Of a stretch of DNA of 64,000 nt, positions 13,326 through 27,275 are shown piece after piece. The stretch lies in the NCBI GenBank assembly GCA_964234715.1, contig OZ174278.1; one strand, 5' to 3'. The stretch comes from Podarcis melisellensis (Eukaryota). The notes below the pieces were generated by a model that was not told the origin of the DNA, did no database searches, and saw nothing but the letters and a program-made list of their open reading frames with translations. Numbering within the stretch: the first letter of the stretch is position 1; every line of letters begins with the position of its first letter. The position numbers were made by a program, and so were the translations under genes.

Positions 13326-13461
13326 CAGGCTTCCTCAACCTCGACCCTCCAGATGTTTTGAGACTACAATTCCCATCATCCCTGACTACTGGTCCTGCTA
13401 GTTAGGGATCATGGGAGTTGTAGGCCAAAAACCTCTGGAGGGCTGAGGTTGAGGAAGCCTG
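13326..13461. mobile_element. hAT-type palindromic MITE
   Basis: TIR caggcttcctcaacctc / gaggttgaggaagcctg; 8-bp TSD ttctacac (13318-13325, 13462-13469). More decayed relatives near 2812-2950, 26870-27000, 30977-31105, 40220-40345, 47840-47950 and 57000-57130. Confidence 0.9.
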
Positions 13462-14332
13462 TTCTACACTGATTGGCATTGCCTCTCTAATGTTTTTGAC
13501 CAATTGTTTTTCCCAGCCATACCAGGAGCTGCTGGGGATCGAATCTTGGACCATCTACAGATGCTCAACCATTGAGCTGCATCCCTCTGAGAAGGAAGCA
13601 CTGGGCCCATACAAAGCTCTCTTTCAAAACTTCAAACATGCATAAATGAGGACCAGACTAGATGAGACGTCATTCACGCAATAGGCAATTGGCAGAATAG
13701 GTTATTCAAGAGTATACTGTCAGCTCCCCTGTCATGGGGAGCAGGGGAGCTTTAACCTTTTCCCGAGCTGAAATGTGTCCCTTTCGAAAACATGCTGCCT
13801 TGGGAGGAAATAGCGTACATCAGGGGCACGAAAAGACATATCTGGATGACATGAGAACGTAAGTTCAGCTAGGTTTTCTGGAATGAGGAAAAGGAAATGC
13901 ATCATCACAAGGCTGTGGCTTTCAGTAGTTTCCATGTTATTTCCCTTGTGGTCCCTGCCAATGCTACAATTCTATGGTTCTAAGAATTCCAACTCTCAAC
14001 AAAGCTGATAAAAATAGATAGGTTCTGGGCTGCTTTAATACTATTCAGGCCTTCTGAAATTTTATGCATGAAGGAGGTGCAGGGGCCCATGTGTCAGCCC
14101 TACTCCATCCCCTCCAAATTGGGGTGGGAAGTTCTATGAGAAGATCTGGATGTGGTTACAATCCTCTCCATGACAGGAAGCCCTCATCACAAGGAGAGCT
14201 ATAAGTGCTTACAATAGCTAATAGCTCACTGCATAAGGTAAGGGGTTAGGAAACAGGAGATGTGAAACTGCAAGTTCAAATCCCATCATGATGAATCTTA
14301 GGAACAAGGACCACTCCCTCATCTTTAGAGCA

Positions 14333-14525
14333 TCAGTGTGGTGTAGTGGTGAGAGTGTTGGACTATGACCTTGGGAGACCACGGTTTGAATCCCCACTCA
14401 GTTGTGAAGCTCAGTGGGTGACCTTGGGCAAGTCACTGTCTCCCAGCCGAACCTACCTCACAGGGTTGTTGTGAGGATAAGATGGGGGCAGGGAACCAGA
14501 TACGCCACCTCAAGCAATTTGGAGT
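14333..14525 (+). mobile_element. tRNA-derived SINE (squamate L2-partner type)
   Basis: Pol III A box tggtgtagtggt and B box ggtttgaatcc, then gggtgaccttgggcaagtcac...ctacctcacagggttgttgtg. Confidence 0.8.
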
Positions 14526-15329
14526 AAATGTAATAAAATAAAATCCAGCCCTTAATGCACAATTTGGGAGAGTTATAAATGGAGGAGGAAGGCCAGCACA
14601 TGCCTTCCAATGAGAGAATTTAGGAATTCCTGAAGATGGCTTTTGTTGACATGTTTTCTCCAAACAGAGAAAGCACATCAGGAAAAGGATAACTGTTCAG
14701 GCATTCTTAAAATCTATGCCTGTAGCTGGTATTTTTCTGAAAAACAATTTCTTCTTCAGCTGCATATTTCCCCCCTCTGTGTGTAAAAAAAATAATAATA
14801 ATCCACGACTCAGTCAACCCTGCTCTTCTTGTGAGGCTTAACCTTGTTGACTCTCTGGTCAGAAGTAAAACCTAATTTATTTATTATTGCCTGAAGACGA
14901 TCTGTACTTGAAGGACATAAGGGACTTCTGTACAGCTCATATGCATTCCCTGAACGACTGAATTTCTTGTAAGTTATTAATCTGAGGGTTGCTTATTGCA
15001 GTTGTCAAACATAGGCAGAAAGTCATGAAATTTTAATATTTAATTATGTTTACAAAAAAAGGAAATGCACCCAGAAGCTTAAAAGGTCTCAGGAAATACT
15101 GATATAATTTAAAATGCATTGGCTTTAATGTAAAGGGAGCAATAGGAAAACAAATACCTGCTTGCTTTTCACCATATTCTTCTTTTTATCTCTATAAGCA
15201 GTGAACAGTGGCTGCTTTTAATAAATCATGTGAACAGAGTGGTGAAGTAACTGAGTCATTTATATTTTGCAGCAGGAATGGGGAAGACTGTTCATTCCTG
15301 TTGGGGGCAAAATTCCAAGGCCCACATGC

Positions 15330-15406
15330 CAGGGGTGGGCAAGGTCAGGGGTGAAAGTGGGCAAAACAACAAATGAAATATTTACCTTTGAACAGCACAC
15401 CAGTTT

Positions 15407-15448
<42 letters not shown>

Positions 15449-15628
15449 ATCCCCTTCTGTATCCCCCATCCAGTCAGTCAGAGTTCAAGAACACATACCA
15501 GGCAGGCAAAAACACAGAGGGCGCAAAGAAGGGCCAGCGAGATGTGAGGCTTGGAGAGACTTCTGAGGGCCAGATTGAGAAGCCTGGAGGGCCACATTTG
15601 GCCCATGTGCCTCAAGTTCCCCACCCCT
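15330..15628. mobile_element. hAT-type MITE with internal (AC)n
   Basis: caggggtgggcaa ... ttccccacccctg termini; (AC)n at about 15408-15446. Confidence 0.6.
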
Positions 15629-17579
15629 GTGTTACAGGAATTGAAACAGCTGTCTGCTAAATTCTCATGAGTGTTGAAGGAGCCTTGGATTTGTCCTAAG
15701 CAGGGAACAGGGAGGATGCCTATGAACTCTAATATTTCCAGTTCTATTCTTCTATGAATCTTGGGCCAGCATGAACATTTGCATCCTTGAGCAGCTCCAG
15801 GGTCCCAGCACTTCAGTACAGCCCATTTCTAAAACACGGCATTAATATTGTTTTTTTTAAAAGAAAATAAATATGGCATGCTTCTCCAAGCCCAACTGAA
15901 TTGATAGATGTAGACAGGTGTCTGTGATTTATTCTAGCCTAAGTATTTTTATGGGGAACGTTTGTTTAAGGATGGATGAGAGCAGATGTAGATCTAACCA
16001 AGTTATCATGTTCTTGGTAGCGATCAGCATTGTGCTTAACTCTGCTATGGGAGAGTAGGAATCTTTCTTCCAAGCCTCTCTCTCCAAAATACACACCATA
16101 TGTTTAAAGTGCATTGTTTTTCCCCAAAGAATCCTGAAAACTGTACAATAGTTTGTTAAAGTTTCTGGGAGTTGTAGCTCTATGAGGGATACACTTCAGT
16201 TCCAGGGTTTCTTTGGGAGAAATAATGTGCACTAAATGTGCTTGCAATGCAATGCAATGCAATGCAAGAGCATCCCAGAAAATGCAAAAAGCACAACAAA
16301 ACAAGGATCATGGTTTACCTGAGAAAAGGACCAGGAAAAAGGGACTATTGGTAATAGGACAGCTGGCTAATCAGAGTGGTTCTCTGCGACGTGTGCTAAA
16401 TTCAGGGAAGCATCATTTGCCCTCTGGTTCTCCTAGCACACACACTCTCCTACTCACACACACAATCCCACAAATGAACATTTGGGATTTTGACTGTTCA
16501 TAATCTCAAACTGGTGGGGGGAGGGATGGGGAAGAAGCACAGTCCCCAAAATAGAACGATTCCTCTCTGCATGGCTGCACACTTGAGATCTACATCTGTT
16601 GGCCCCATAAACAGGATTTGCAGCTGAGAAGTGAAGCAGCTGAGCTCTCATCTCCCTTCTTTTAGTTTTCTAAAGAAATTGTTTCCTTAAAAAAAAATAT
16701 GGGGAAGGGAAGAGGGTTCTTTGCATCTGCTGATCCTTCAAGTTTCTTTTAGAAGCCAGTGTCTCTATTTGGGACATATTTTATTGTTGGAGGAAAGCAC
16801 ATGGTTATTTTTAGCTAGATTAGGGCTGAGCATTGCAGAGAGTATTTGCCTTGGGATTTTTATGTATGCCTGTATCTTTTTATTCCCCCTTTGTGGCAGA
16901 AATCGCACAAGGATTCCTGCTGTCCGTTACGGAATGGGACATAAACAGCCAACCTAAAATAGATGTTTGTCTTTGCATAACAACCAGTGGGAAACGTTGC
17001 AGGTTTTCAAAAGCAGAATTCTAAAATCACGACTGCTTTGAATCTTTAAATTGCTGCAGATGGTGGGGGTCCTAACTCAGTGAGTCATTAATGAAGATTA
17101 GGCGAAAATGTGCCTTGTGAGCTGCTCCATACATAAGGCTTGCTGCACAGAAAATGCCACTAATATAAAAACACACACGATATATGGGTGGTTTAAATAT
17201 CACTTACTGGATTTACCATTTCTCTTGTACATACTTATGACATCGGTGCATACTGATCCAAAACAGAAAAACATAGCAATAATTCAAACTGTCCCTGCCT
17301 AAGGACATATGGCCAAAACAAGAAGCAAAACTCTACCATGTATTAATCATTCTGGCTTTTTTTCTGACACAGGGGTCAATGCCACAAACCCCCAGCACCA
17401 CCACCTAAAAACTATGAACAAGAATGGAAAGGAGGCAGAGGGTGTGTGTTTCCATTGCTGTCTGTGGATAATGTATCTGTGTACAACAATGAAAAGGAGT
17501 GAAGCCAGAAGAAATAAAACTCACTGGGACTCACTTTTAACTAAAACAAGCATTTGATTACCCTTTTCTTAATCTTTTA

Positions 17580-17928
17580 GGGACACAGGTGGCGCTGTGG
17601 GTTAAACCACTGAGCCTTGGGCTTGCCAATCAGAAGGTTGGCGGTTTGAATCCCCGCGACAGGGTGAGCTCCCGTTGCTCGGTCCCTGCTCCTGCCAACC
17701 TAGCAGTTCGAAAGCACATCAAAGTGCAAGTAGATAAATAGGTACCACTCCGGCGGGAAGGTAAACAGCGTTTCCGTGCGCTGCTCTGGTTCACCAGAAG
17801 CGGCTTAGTCATGCTGGCCACATGACCTGGAAGCTGTACGCCGGCTCTCTCGGCCATTGAAGTGAGATGAGCGCCACAACCCCAGAGTCGTCCGTGACTG
17901 GACCTAACGGTCAGGGGTCCCTTTACCT
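17580..17928 (+). mobile_element. Sauria SINE, full length
   Basis: 5' gggacacaggtggcgctgtgggttaaacc, 3' ...ctttaccttt tail, TSD ttcttaatctttta. Confidence 0.95.
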
Positions 17929-19784
17929 TTTCTTAATCTTTTACCATATATCTGCATGGCTGTGGTGCTCCACTGTTGTGGCCCACCTTAGACCAGGCTG
18001 CAACCCAGTAGTGGGTCCCGATCCATCAGCTGAAGTCCAGTGGTTTAGGCCACTCACCAGCCAGAAAGGCTCCAAGACCAGCATACATACAATTGATTGA
18101 TGCAAGACAGATCCTGACTCCAGGCCTCCAGTTTAAAGGGGATGATACAACAAGACCAAAAGAGATGGGAAGAGAAGAGGGGGAAGAACAAACTCAGACA
18201 TCAATGCTTAAAGTTAAATAGTAGTTCTTATAATGACCAGAGGTTATTATAGGTTACAAGTTGTTTTTTAATGTGTAGGAAGCTGCCTTGAGATGGGTCG
18301 ACCCTAAAATAAATGTGGAAATGGTTATGATTATAATAAATATATGTAGCAGCATCAGTATAAATAAAGCACTACCACGCCTACAAAATAAACCGCACAC
18401 CATCACAGACCACTGTAAATCTGCTTGGAATCAGATGCCAATTAGTTTGCCTCAATGTACATGCTGGTACAGCGGGAAAAGTTCATTGCAGACAACTCTA
18501 AAATTAGGCTGGCAATGACTAATTAGAAGTTCCAAATTGTGGCATTGATTAGAAGATGTAAGGCAAAACTAACTATTTACAATTCATTTTTAGAGAACTC
18601 TCTGGGTCATCAGTACCCACACATTATAGAAGCTGCGAAGGGACAAATTAAACACAGTTTTTATTCATTTTTTAAAATCTGCACCCCTGTGTTCTTCATC
18701 ACATCTGTATCTGCCCTGTGCTTAGCCTCTGTTTCAACTCAGTCCAAGTGAGAAAGCCTGAATGAAACATGCCATACACTAATCACATTTATTGTGTAAG
18801 ATAAAAAGCCTTCAAAACGTGTGTTATTTAAAAAAATGTAACCTACTGACAAGTATTTTTCCAGTGTTTGCCTGTCATGCAGTGCAATCCTGTTCCTGTT
18901 TACTTGGAAGCAAGTGTCAATGAGTTTAATAGGGCTGAAACAAGGACGCCTAGGCTTGGAGCCTGGAGCATCAGAGCAAACAGGAGGAGGACTGCTGGGA
19001 GAGCATTTGTGTCACAGACAAGCTAGTTTTACAGGGTCACTCTCCCGAAAGTGAATCATGTGTCATGTTTTGGGAAATACAACCATTGGTATCAACACTC
19101 ATTAAATTATGCTGCATTTGTCTATTGCCAGCAATTACAAGTGGACAATAGGGATGGTGTGATGAGCATTAAACTTAACCTTTGGGGTCCATTTAAGGAA
19201 ATTATTCATGTAATTTTTTCCAACACATAGCCTTTAATAGCAGAGCTTGCATCAGAAAAAAATGTTAATTGGTACCTATTAAAGTCTATCAATTTTTTTT
19301 ATTCATAACTTTTTTGTTATTTTGATGAAAGACCTATAACCTAATGTCTGGCAAATGTAAATGGATGTTCTACAGCACTTAAAGGGGGTTTATTCTTCCT
19401 AAGAGCTTAATTGATATATTTTTCAGTTAATGCTCGGAACAAGATCATTCCTTCAACCCTTCTCAGATACTTCAGTCGACAATCAGCCAAATGGAAAGGC
19501 TGGGAATTGTTTATCCATTTAATTTTACTACAGTGGCAGCTTGGTTTGTTGCCCTCAAATCACTTTGTTCTGAGTTGTCAAATGAAGTCACTTTTCCCAG
19601 CACAAAGTCTGAAGACTGTCCCATACTAGATTTGGCCTAGATTCTGCACCACACAGTGTATTGCACTATGCGTAATTCTGAATGAGGTAGCAGGTAAGTT
19701 TTGGACTGGTTAAAAATGGGGTGCATGTTCTTACACAAAGCAATTAAAGACAAACCCCCCTTCATTTTTCCCATACTCCATCTC

Positions 19785-19885
19785 TCATGGATGCTTTAGC
19801 TGAGATTTCTGCATTTCCTGGGGTTGAACTAAACGACCTCAGAGTCCCTCCCAACTCTACAAGTCTATGACTCTTTGATACTATC
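19785..19885 (+). mobile_element. CR1 3'-tail remnant
   Basis: ggggttgaactaaacgacctcagagtccctcccaactctacaagtctatgactct resembles a CR1 3' end. Confidence 0.55.
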
Positions 19886-22646
19886 CTTTAAAAGCATTCT
19901 TTCTGCTAAGTGCAGTATGGATACAAGCAAATAGCACTTGTGACCAGACTCTGGAATAAAGAAGTGGGACGTAAGTGATGAGTTGAATTTGGGTCACATT
20001 TTATTTATACTGTATCTTCAGGGGAAATAAGAATACTGTAGCAGGAAGGCAGCTTAATTTCAACATTGGGCAAGCCGAACCCTGTCTATTCCAAGGAGCA
20101 GGACAAGGAACAGCCCTAAAGCCTGAGCCCCCACATTATGAAGAGGAGGGAGGCCTTACTTCCTCACTGCCTCCTGGGCCCTACAATTCTGGGAAGGTGC
20201 TAAAGATGAGCCTCAAGAACATCCAGGCTAAGGGCCTTCTAACCCAGAGCAGCTAGTCTCTAGAAATGCCCTTCACCCAAGGGTCCTCACCTCTATCCTT
20301 ATCTGCCCTGAATCTTCCCCACACCTCCTCTCCAACAATGTGACTGACTTAACCATGCAACTAAATCAGTCAATTTAATGCCACAGACCCATAAACATAA
20401 ACACTCCCTGGATCCAGTAAGCTGTAGGTAAAAGAATTTGCTTGACCAATGTAAAGGCGGGGAAAAAAATACTACTGATCATCTTATACTACAATGGAGG
20501 ACAGGCTGGGCAAGACCAAGAATATGGCCCAGAGAGGAGGACCATCAGTGGTGCAACCAAGGCACATAAGGCCTTCAACCATGCTCTCACGTGCCAGTAT
20601 GCATGTGTGCCCATGCCAACCAGCCTGGTCTCCCCCACACATCCCAGCCTGGGTGTAGTAACACTCTCAGATGCAGCATTGCATGGCTGGAAGTAACAAA
20701 CTTCTGTCTGTCATTATAATACTAGAGCGGGAGAGCATTTTTGGAGTCAAGGCCACATCACCCAGGTGGAAGGTTGTTGGTGGACCGTGAATGGAGTAGA
20801 CTCCAAAGTAGCCAGAGTTGCATATCCTTAATACACATGCACAATTTGAGAGTGAGAGAACCAGTCATACAAAGCTGTGCCTCATGGAAAGAGAGAGAAA
20901 ATAATCCTCAGTAAATCAATACAAGCTGCAGCTACTATTTTATCCCCAGCCTTTTTTAAAAAAAAAAAAAGTTTGGGGGAGTGTACACACACACACACAC
21001 ACACACACACCCCAACTCTCCAAAATTCTTCATCTACCCTGGCTGTGCAAGCAAAAGGCAAAAAGAACCCAATAATCCCAGCAGAAGAATGCAAATCATG
21101 TCAATGCACAGTCAAACTGCAAGCTTTGCCCTACAGCTATTCATAGCCATTAACCTATGCAAATACCTCCTCAAACCTGCATGCATGCAATTGCAAAATT
21201 CTTGGATGACTTTTATACCCCTCAACAGTTCCAATTTGATCAGGACATTCCAGAACTACAGAAGCCATCACGGCTTCTGACTGGATGTCCCGTTTTTGGT
21301 GCCAAGCTGCTGTGAAAGTCAGTTGGCTCCCATGAGAGCTTGGCACCAAAAGACACGCGTCTTTTGCGCAAAAGAGGAACCAGAGCCAATGGAGGGGGAG
21401 AAGGTGGAGGTGGAGGTGGTGGTGTTGGGCCCTAGGCCACACCTCCTCTGCCCAATGACACTCCCATCAGAGGAGGGAAATAAGAAGACAAAGGTGAGGG
21501 TAACAGCAAGGAAGTGGAGGAGGAGCTGGAGGTACCGGTTTGGCACTTGCTGAGGCAGCTGCTGCCGATAAAGGAGACAGGGGGCTGAGGTGAGGAAGTC
21601 CCAGCTGGCTCTCACAAGAGCGTGACACCAAAATACATGTGCCCTGATTTTAATTGGCTGGACGCTTGTGGGTGTAGGCTTTTTTAATATCACAAGAAAC
21701 AGAGGCCTACTTCTCTGCTGCGCCAGTTCCCACTTCATCAGATCTCGTCGAGAAAGGAGTTAGAGTTGCACACTTTGCATAATGGCGGCCTTTTCCCACT
21801 CAGCTACACCCTGATAAAGAGCTGGTGGTTAAGAGGGAACCCAGAGGGAACCCACTACACTAGAACATGATGAAAATATTCTTTGCTATGGTATTTGATG
21901 GAATGACTGGGATGTGTTTGAGATGTTTGGACCTGAGCTTGCCTTGGCTTTAGAAAGGCGTGTGAAGTAAATGACATGGTAATCACCATTACTACCACCA
22001 TTATTTTTATTAATAAACATTTAATGCTGTGCTAGGTGTTATACAAGCCCCTTTTGGGAAACTACCAGCTCTTGGGTGCTTTGATCTGTATGGTACTAAA
22101 CTGAGCTAAACTGGAAAAATCCCAATCCCCTCTAATTTGCTCATATTACACAAATGATAGTATTTCCCCATCCCTACTCGCCGGTTGGGTGGACTGCCAC
22201 TGAAAACAATGACACAATTCCCTAAACCATCCAGTGCCTTGCCACAGGAAATAAAGATGTTTTTTCCAGCTCTGACAGCAAGGTCTTATTACTCCATGTT
22301 GTACAAAGGAATGTTCTGACCTACTTCCAATGACTGCTGAGGGGAAATGCAATTTGTTCATTTTCTTTTTAATCTGGGTCATTTCCAAAGTCACTGTTTT
22401 AAAATGACTGGAACTGTATGCTCAGGACATGACTGACTGACCCACATTTGTTTTGGTATCAGGTAGCATGACCATTACTTTAATCCATGTTCTTCAGTAT
22501 AGATGTTTCTGGAAGTCCACTTGGCCTGCTTGGTGTTTAACATGCCAATTTATTTTTAATAAACTGCAAAATCTAAAGCAAATTTGGAAATTCCTGCTTA
22601 AGCAAAATACCTAAGTTCCTCAAAAAGAAGCTAAATAAGTTGTGAT

Positions 22647-23016
22647 AAAGGTAAAGTAAAGGTACCCCTGCCCTTGCGGGCCAGTCGCGTCCGACTCTAG
22701 GGTTGTGCGCCCATCTCACTTAAGAGGCCGGGGGCCACCGCTGTCCGGAGACACTTCCGGGTCACGTGGCCAGCGTGACGAAGCTGCTCTGGCGAGCTGG
22801 CACCAGCGCAACACACACAGAAATGCCGTTTACCTTCCCGCTATAAAGCGGTACCTATTTCTCTATTTGCACTTAGGGGTGCTTTCGAACTGCTAGGTGG
22901 GCAGGAGCTGGGACCGAAAGACGGGAGCTCACCCCACCGCCGGGAATCGAACCACCGACCATGTGATTGGCAAGCCCTAGGCGCTGAGGTTTTACCCACA
23001 GCGCCACCTGCATCCC
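22647..23016 (-). mobile_element. Sauria SINE
   Basis: Reverse copy from aaaggtaaagtaaaggtacccc to cacagcgccacctgcatccc; TSD ttgtgata. Confidence 0.95.
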
Positions 23017-23294
23017 TTGTGATAGATTCATCAAAATATCCCAGAGGAATTTTTCACATCTCTGAATTGGTGAAAACACAGGTGAAGCTTCCTAGATGGG
23101 TGGGGAGGAACATTTGAGGAATTGCATAGAAGATCAATCATTTGGATGAGACTAGCAATATTTCTGAAGAGTCTTCCACACATTCTCAGATGATGCCTAC
23201 CATAATCAGTGTTGCTATTTCAAACAATATGAAGAACGGTCTTATGTGAGCAGCATCTATTGACCAATATCAACCATTTCCATGCTCATTTTGT

Positions 23295-23373
23295 CCCTAT
23301 CAGCATGGCTACTGCTAATGTTCATATTATGGGCCCTAAGATATAGTCATTAGCAGTAGCCATGCTGATAGGG
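23295..23373. repeat. Inverted repeat with a perfect 26-bp stem
   Basis: ccctatcagcatggctactgctaatg (23295-23320) and its exact reverse complement (23348-23373), with gggccc near the centre. Confidence 0.9.
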
Positions 23374-23579
23374 CAGAACACAAGCCCTGACAATGACCTG
23401 ATTCCATGAGCCCTTGCCATCAACATAACAAGCAAAGAGTTGGGAAGATAAAGATCAAACCCACTGGCCAGATCCAGTTTCACATACACACAGGTCATAG
23501 AGCATAGTATGGATTCTAGGGCATATTCAGCAGGTGCATGTGACCAGCATCTTGTGCCTGTTCAATTAAGATCTTCCTT

Positions 23580-23870
23580 TATTGAGTTGTGTTTACAAGT
23601 AATACCCTAAGCAGTGCTGGATGGGTGTTGTAACAAGGTTCCCTATACAGATAAGCTCAGTATATGTGGGCAACCACAGGCAGAAGACATTCTTCATTAT
23701 TTGTTATATTGCCCATTATACACAAAGCCTAGGAAATGCTTTCTAAATCCCCCGTTGGTTCAAGAAAGCAGTCTGTCCTTGGTGGAGAGGGTTCTGCAGT
23801 TGTTGAAAAACTCTAGCACCTTTTTACCTCATAAAGTGGCTTTTTGCAATGGCAAGAATGATTAGGAGGA
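23580..23870 (+). mobile_element. Decayed non-LTR retrotransposon C-terminal (CCHC knuckle) fragment
   Basis: Translation ICGQPQAEDILHYLLYCPLYTKPR resembles the LINE C-terminal zinc-knuckle motif. Confidence 0.55.
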
Positions 23871-25289
23871 AGAAGTTTGGAGTTATCTTTTCCACTTCCC
23901 TCTTTGTCCCTTTTCTATGCTGTTGTGTTGGGTTTGTTTGTTTATTTAGGTGTAAGCCTGTGGGGAGGGAGTGTCTTGGTTTGATTTTATGTAAGCTACA
24001 CTGGTAGGGTTGCCAGCTTTCAAAAATGAAAAGTTGTTGAGCTGTTTTGTTTGTTTGTTTGTTTTGCCCAAAGTTGTTGAGCTTCTTTGACTATATATAT
24101 GCCCCTGTGGATTCCATGAAGGAAGACAGGTGAGATGTTATGCCCACTTGCTCAAAAGTAAGCCCCACTGAGAACTTACTGAAGCATACTTCTGAGTAAG
24201 TAAATAAGTAAGTATAGAAGCACAATGATTAAAAATGATAAGAACCCACTGAACACTCTAAGACTGTTTAATATGTAGCCTTCAAACACTTAGAATTTAT
24301 GTTGGTGTAAACAGAATTTCTAGCTTTACCCATGAGTGTAAAATGGCATTTTTTGTGTTTGTTAAATGCCTTTGTTCTCCACTGGACTTTGATCTTTAAT
24401 TGTGTTGGCTTTTAATTGGATGCCATGTGACATGACAAAGGTTTGCTGGAACTCTGATGCATTTAGTATGGATAAATGATTGTTTAAAAATATGACGTCA
24501 TCATAGTCACTGCTTTGGTTATGAAATGCACAGTCCCTTTCCACCATAGCATTTCCCTTTTCTCTGCACTTGGTGTTATTTTGCATTTATTATAGCTGTA
24601 TATTACATAATTCAAAGGAACAACACACCTTTTTACAACTGATTTCAAGTAGTCAATGATACAGTGTCTCATCCCCTCTATTCACTTTTTCATGGGTTGT
24701 TGTTTTTCTAACTCAGTGGTGCTCCTCAACTTTGCCAAACCTAAACCATACATTTCCATGATCATTCAGCTAATAGCGTAAGCATAACTCTTTCTATGAA
24801 AATGCAGAAAAGGCATTGTGCTTCTAGACCTAACTATTATTTGGATGATTCAGTTTCTTTTTATTTACGTTAAGATCCTCCGTATTAAACAGCTGTTGAT
24901 GAAAGGATTTCAAAAAAATAAATGAAATTCTCATTAGAAATCATCTATCGTAACAGATATCATCTTATGGTAAATGCTACTTGAAGGAATAAGTAATCCT
25001 CAAGAAGAAACATGACAATTTAATGTCACAAGTAGGTCAATAAAGTCACCAAGATACATAAATATAAAAAACCAAGCAATTAGCAAGAACATCTATTATA
25101 GTTTTCATTACTCAAATTAAGAAATCACATACAGCTCTCATTAATGAAAACATCACTCATAGCCAGTTAAATCTGCCTCTACTAATGGGCATCCATCATA
25201 CTTCCCTCCCACTTTTTCTTTCTCTGCTTCCATGCCATGTATTACCTTGATTATTGGGATACTATGAATATATTGAGATAGCACAGAAG

Positions 25290-25790
25290 CTCTGTGCGTG
25301 AGTTGTTCCCAGGTCCAAGAATTAGGGAGTTAACTGTTCTGGATATGAGTGCACCTCCTCTGAAGGAACAGGGACATAGTCTGGGGGTATTCCTGGGTCC
25401 AACGTTGACACGGGAGGCTGAATTAATGTCTATGGCAAGGAGTGCCTATTGTCAGCTTCAGCTAGTATGCCAGCTATGTACATTTTAGGATAGGTATAGC
25501 TTGGCCTCTATGATTCATGTATTAGTAATCACCAGACTACTGTAATGTGCATTATCTGGAGTTCTCTTTAAAGCTGTATCAGAGGTTGCAGTTGATGCAG
25601 AATGCAGCAGCTAGTTTACTAAGTGGTACCATCCAAACATAACATCTGTGCTAAAATAGCTGCAGTGATTGGCCGTTTTCTACCAAGCCAGATTTAAGGT
25701 GGTGTTATTGAGATAAATAGCCCTAAACAACTTAGAATCGTGTTACCTGAAAGATCAGCACTCTCGCCCACAATTAAGTCATGAGCAAGC
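25290..25790 (+). mobile_element. Degraded L2 RT-region fragment
   Basis: PPLKEQGHSLGVFL...ARSAYCQLQLVCQL; gactactgtaatgtgcattat...gcagaatgcagcagc. Confidence 0.7.
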
Positions 25791-26459
25791 ACTGCCTTAT
25801 TACATGCCAACCTGGTGTTTAACAACAGTGCCATCATGCTATTCAGAACAATGGATAAACACCCAGCAGTATGAATATGGGCACCAGGTGCAATCCTCTG
25901 TTGTTCTCTCTGCTGTACCATCTCTGACCTTCCCACCAACCACTCCCAGTGATCACTGAGAATCATGATACTACAGTATCCCCACCGCTGAAGCTATCCC
26001 TCCCCACTATTTTGGCACAGCCTCAAATACAATCTGCTAAAAATATTGGCTCAACACTAAAATAATCATTCTGTAACCTGGGCCAAGAGGAATCTAACGG
26101 TACAAAAATGTCAGTGAACTGTGTCTGTCACTACAAAAGTGGGAGCTCAGCCATGCTTTGTGCAAAAAAGCAGTAAACGGGGTGGCACACTGTCGAATGA
26201 ATTTCATTTTCGAAAGTCATTTTAATGTCAAGTGTTTCCACAAACTGTATCTGAAAAATAATATTATGGATAATAAAAGTCTTGTAGATAATGGGGAGAA
26301 AATAGCCAAGACTAGTAAGCTATTTTCTCAGAGTCATTTTACTGCAAGAGGGAGTGCATGAGAAGAATCAGAAAACAAATCAATAAGTGGACAGGTTTGT
26401 ATATATTTATTTTAAGGAAGCTTAAGTGTGAGGAAGCTAATAGTTAAAAGTCTTTTCAG

Positions 26460-26474
26460 AGTATGTGCCAGAAG
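26460..26474 (+). CDS. Possible 15-nt microexon (SMCQK) upstream of the 27276 exon
   Basis: gctaat branch-like motif, tcttttcag|AGTATGTGCCAGAAG|gtaagg; phase 0 is compatible with the 27276 exon. Confidence 0.2.
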
Positions 26475-27275
26475 GTAAGGTCAGAGCTTATGTGGAATGT
26501 TCTCAGCTGGGGATTCTGTCTTGCTGACAACAAATTGCTGAGGAAGGGAGAATATGAAAGGTATCCCTCAGATTTATATAAATTCTACAGAATATTCTCC
26601 TGTGCCAATTAAACAGCATTTCGGTTTGCTGCAGACCCCATAACAACTTGAAAATGTTTATCCTTTCCTTATAGTGATCTCACTTCAGTGCACAAATTAG
26701 AGTTGCCACCACAGTTTTTTGCCCAAAACAAAACTCAAAGGAACTTGTCAGCTGTGACAAAGAGACATTCTCCTCAGGCAAAACATCGGAGGGATTTCAA
26801 GGGAAGACAAAAGAGTTATCAAGAAGGCTAATAAAGGTTATTTTTTCTTTTACTAGCCCTATCGCTGCTTTCACCAACGCGTTGAGCTCAAAGTGTTGTT
26901 GGACTAAAACTCCCATCAGCGCTAATCAGCATGACCAGTGGTCATGGCTGATGGGAGTTGTAGTCCTACAGCATTTGGTGGGCACCAGAGTGAAGGAAGC
27001 TTATCTATTGAAAAGCAAGTGCATTGGGGCTGCATTCTATATTCTCTTTGCATAAAACTCTGAAATGGAAATGAAAGACCTTTCACAAGTGGCACAATTA
27101 AAATGAATCTTCTTTTGAAAAATGTTAAGCACACCTGGATCATACAGGGGAGAGGAAAACATGGCTGTGCAAATAAGATGAATCTTCCCTGCTGTACTAC
27201 TAGAAAATTTTGATCAGGTTAAAATATGACTTGGATGTAATAAGCAAGTAATCCTATCTTGTCTTGTCTTCACAG

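Noticed and set aside
13735-13864. Possible + strand exon ending GAGAAC|gtaagt
   Set aside because: Good donor, but no recognisable peptide or convincing acceptor.
14333-14400. tRNA-like sequence (also at 17580 and 40980)
   Set aside because: These are SINE heads with A/B boxes followed by SINE bodies, not complete cloverleafs.
19630-19699. Possible + strand exon ending GCAG|gtaagt
   Set aside because: Weak acceptor and an uninformative translation.
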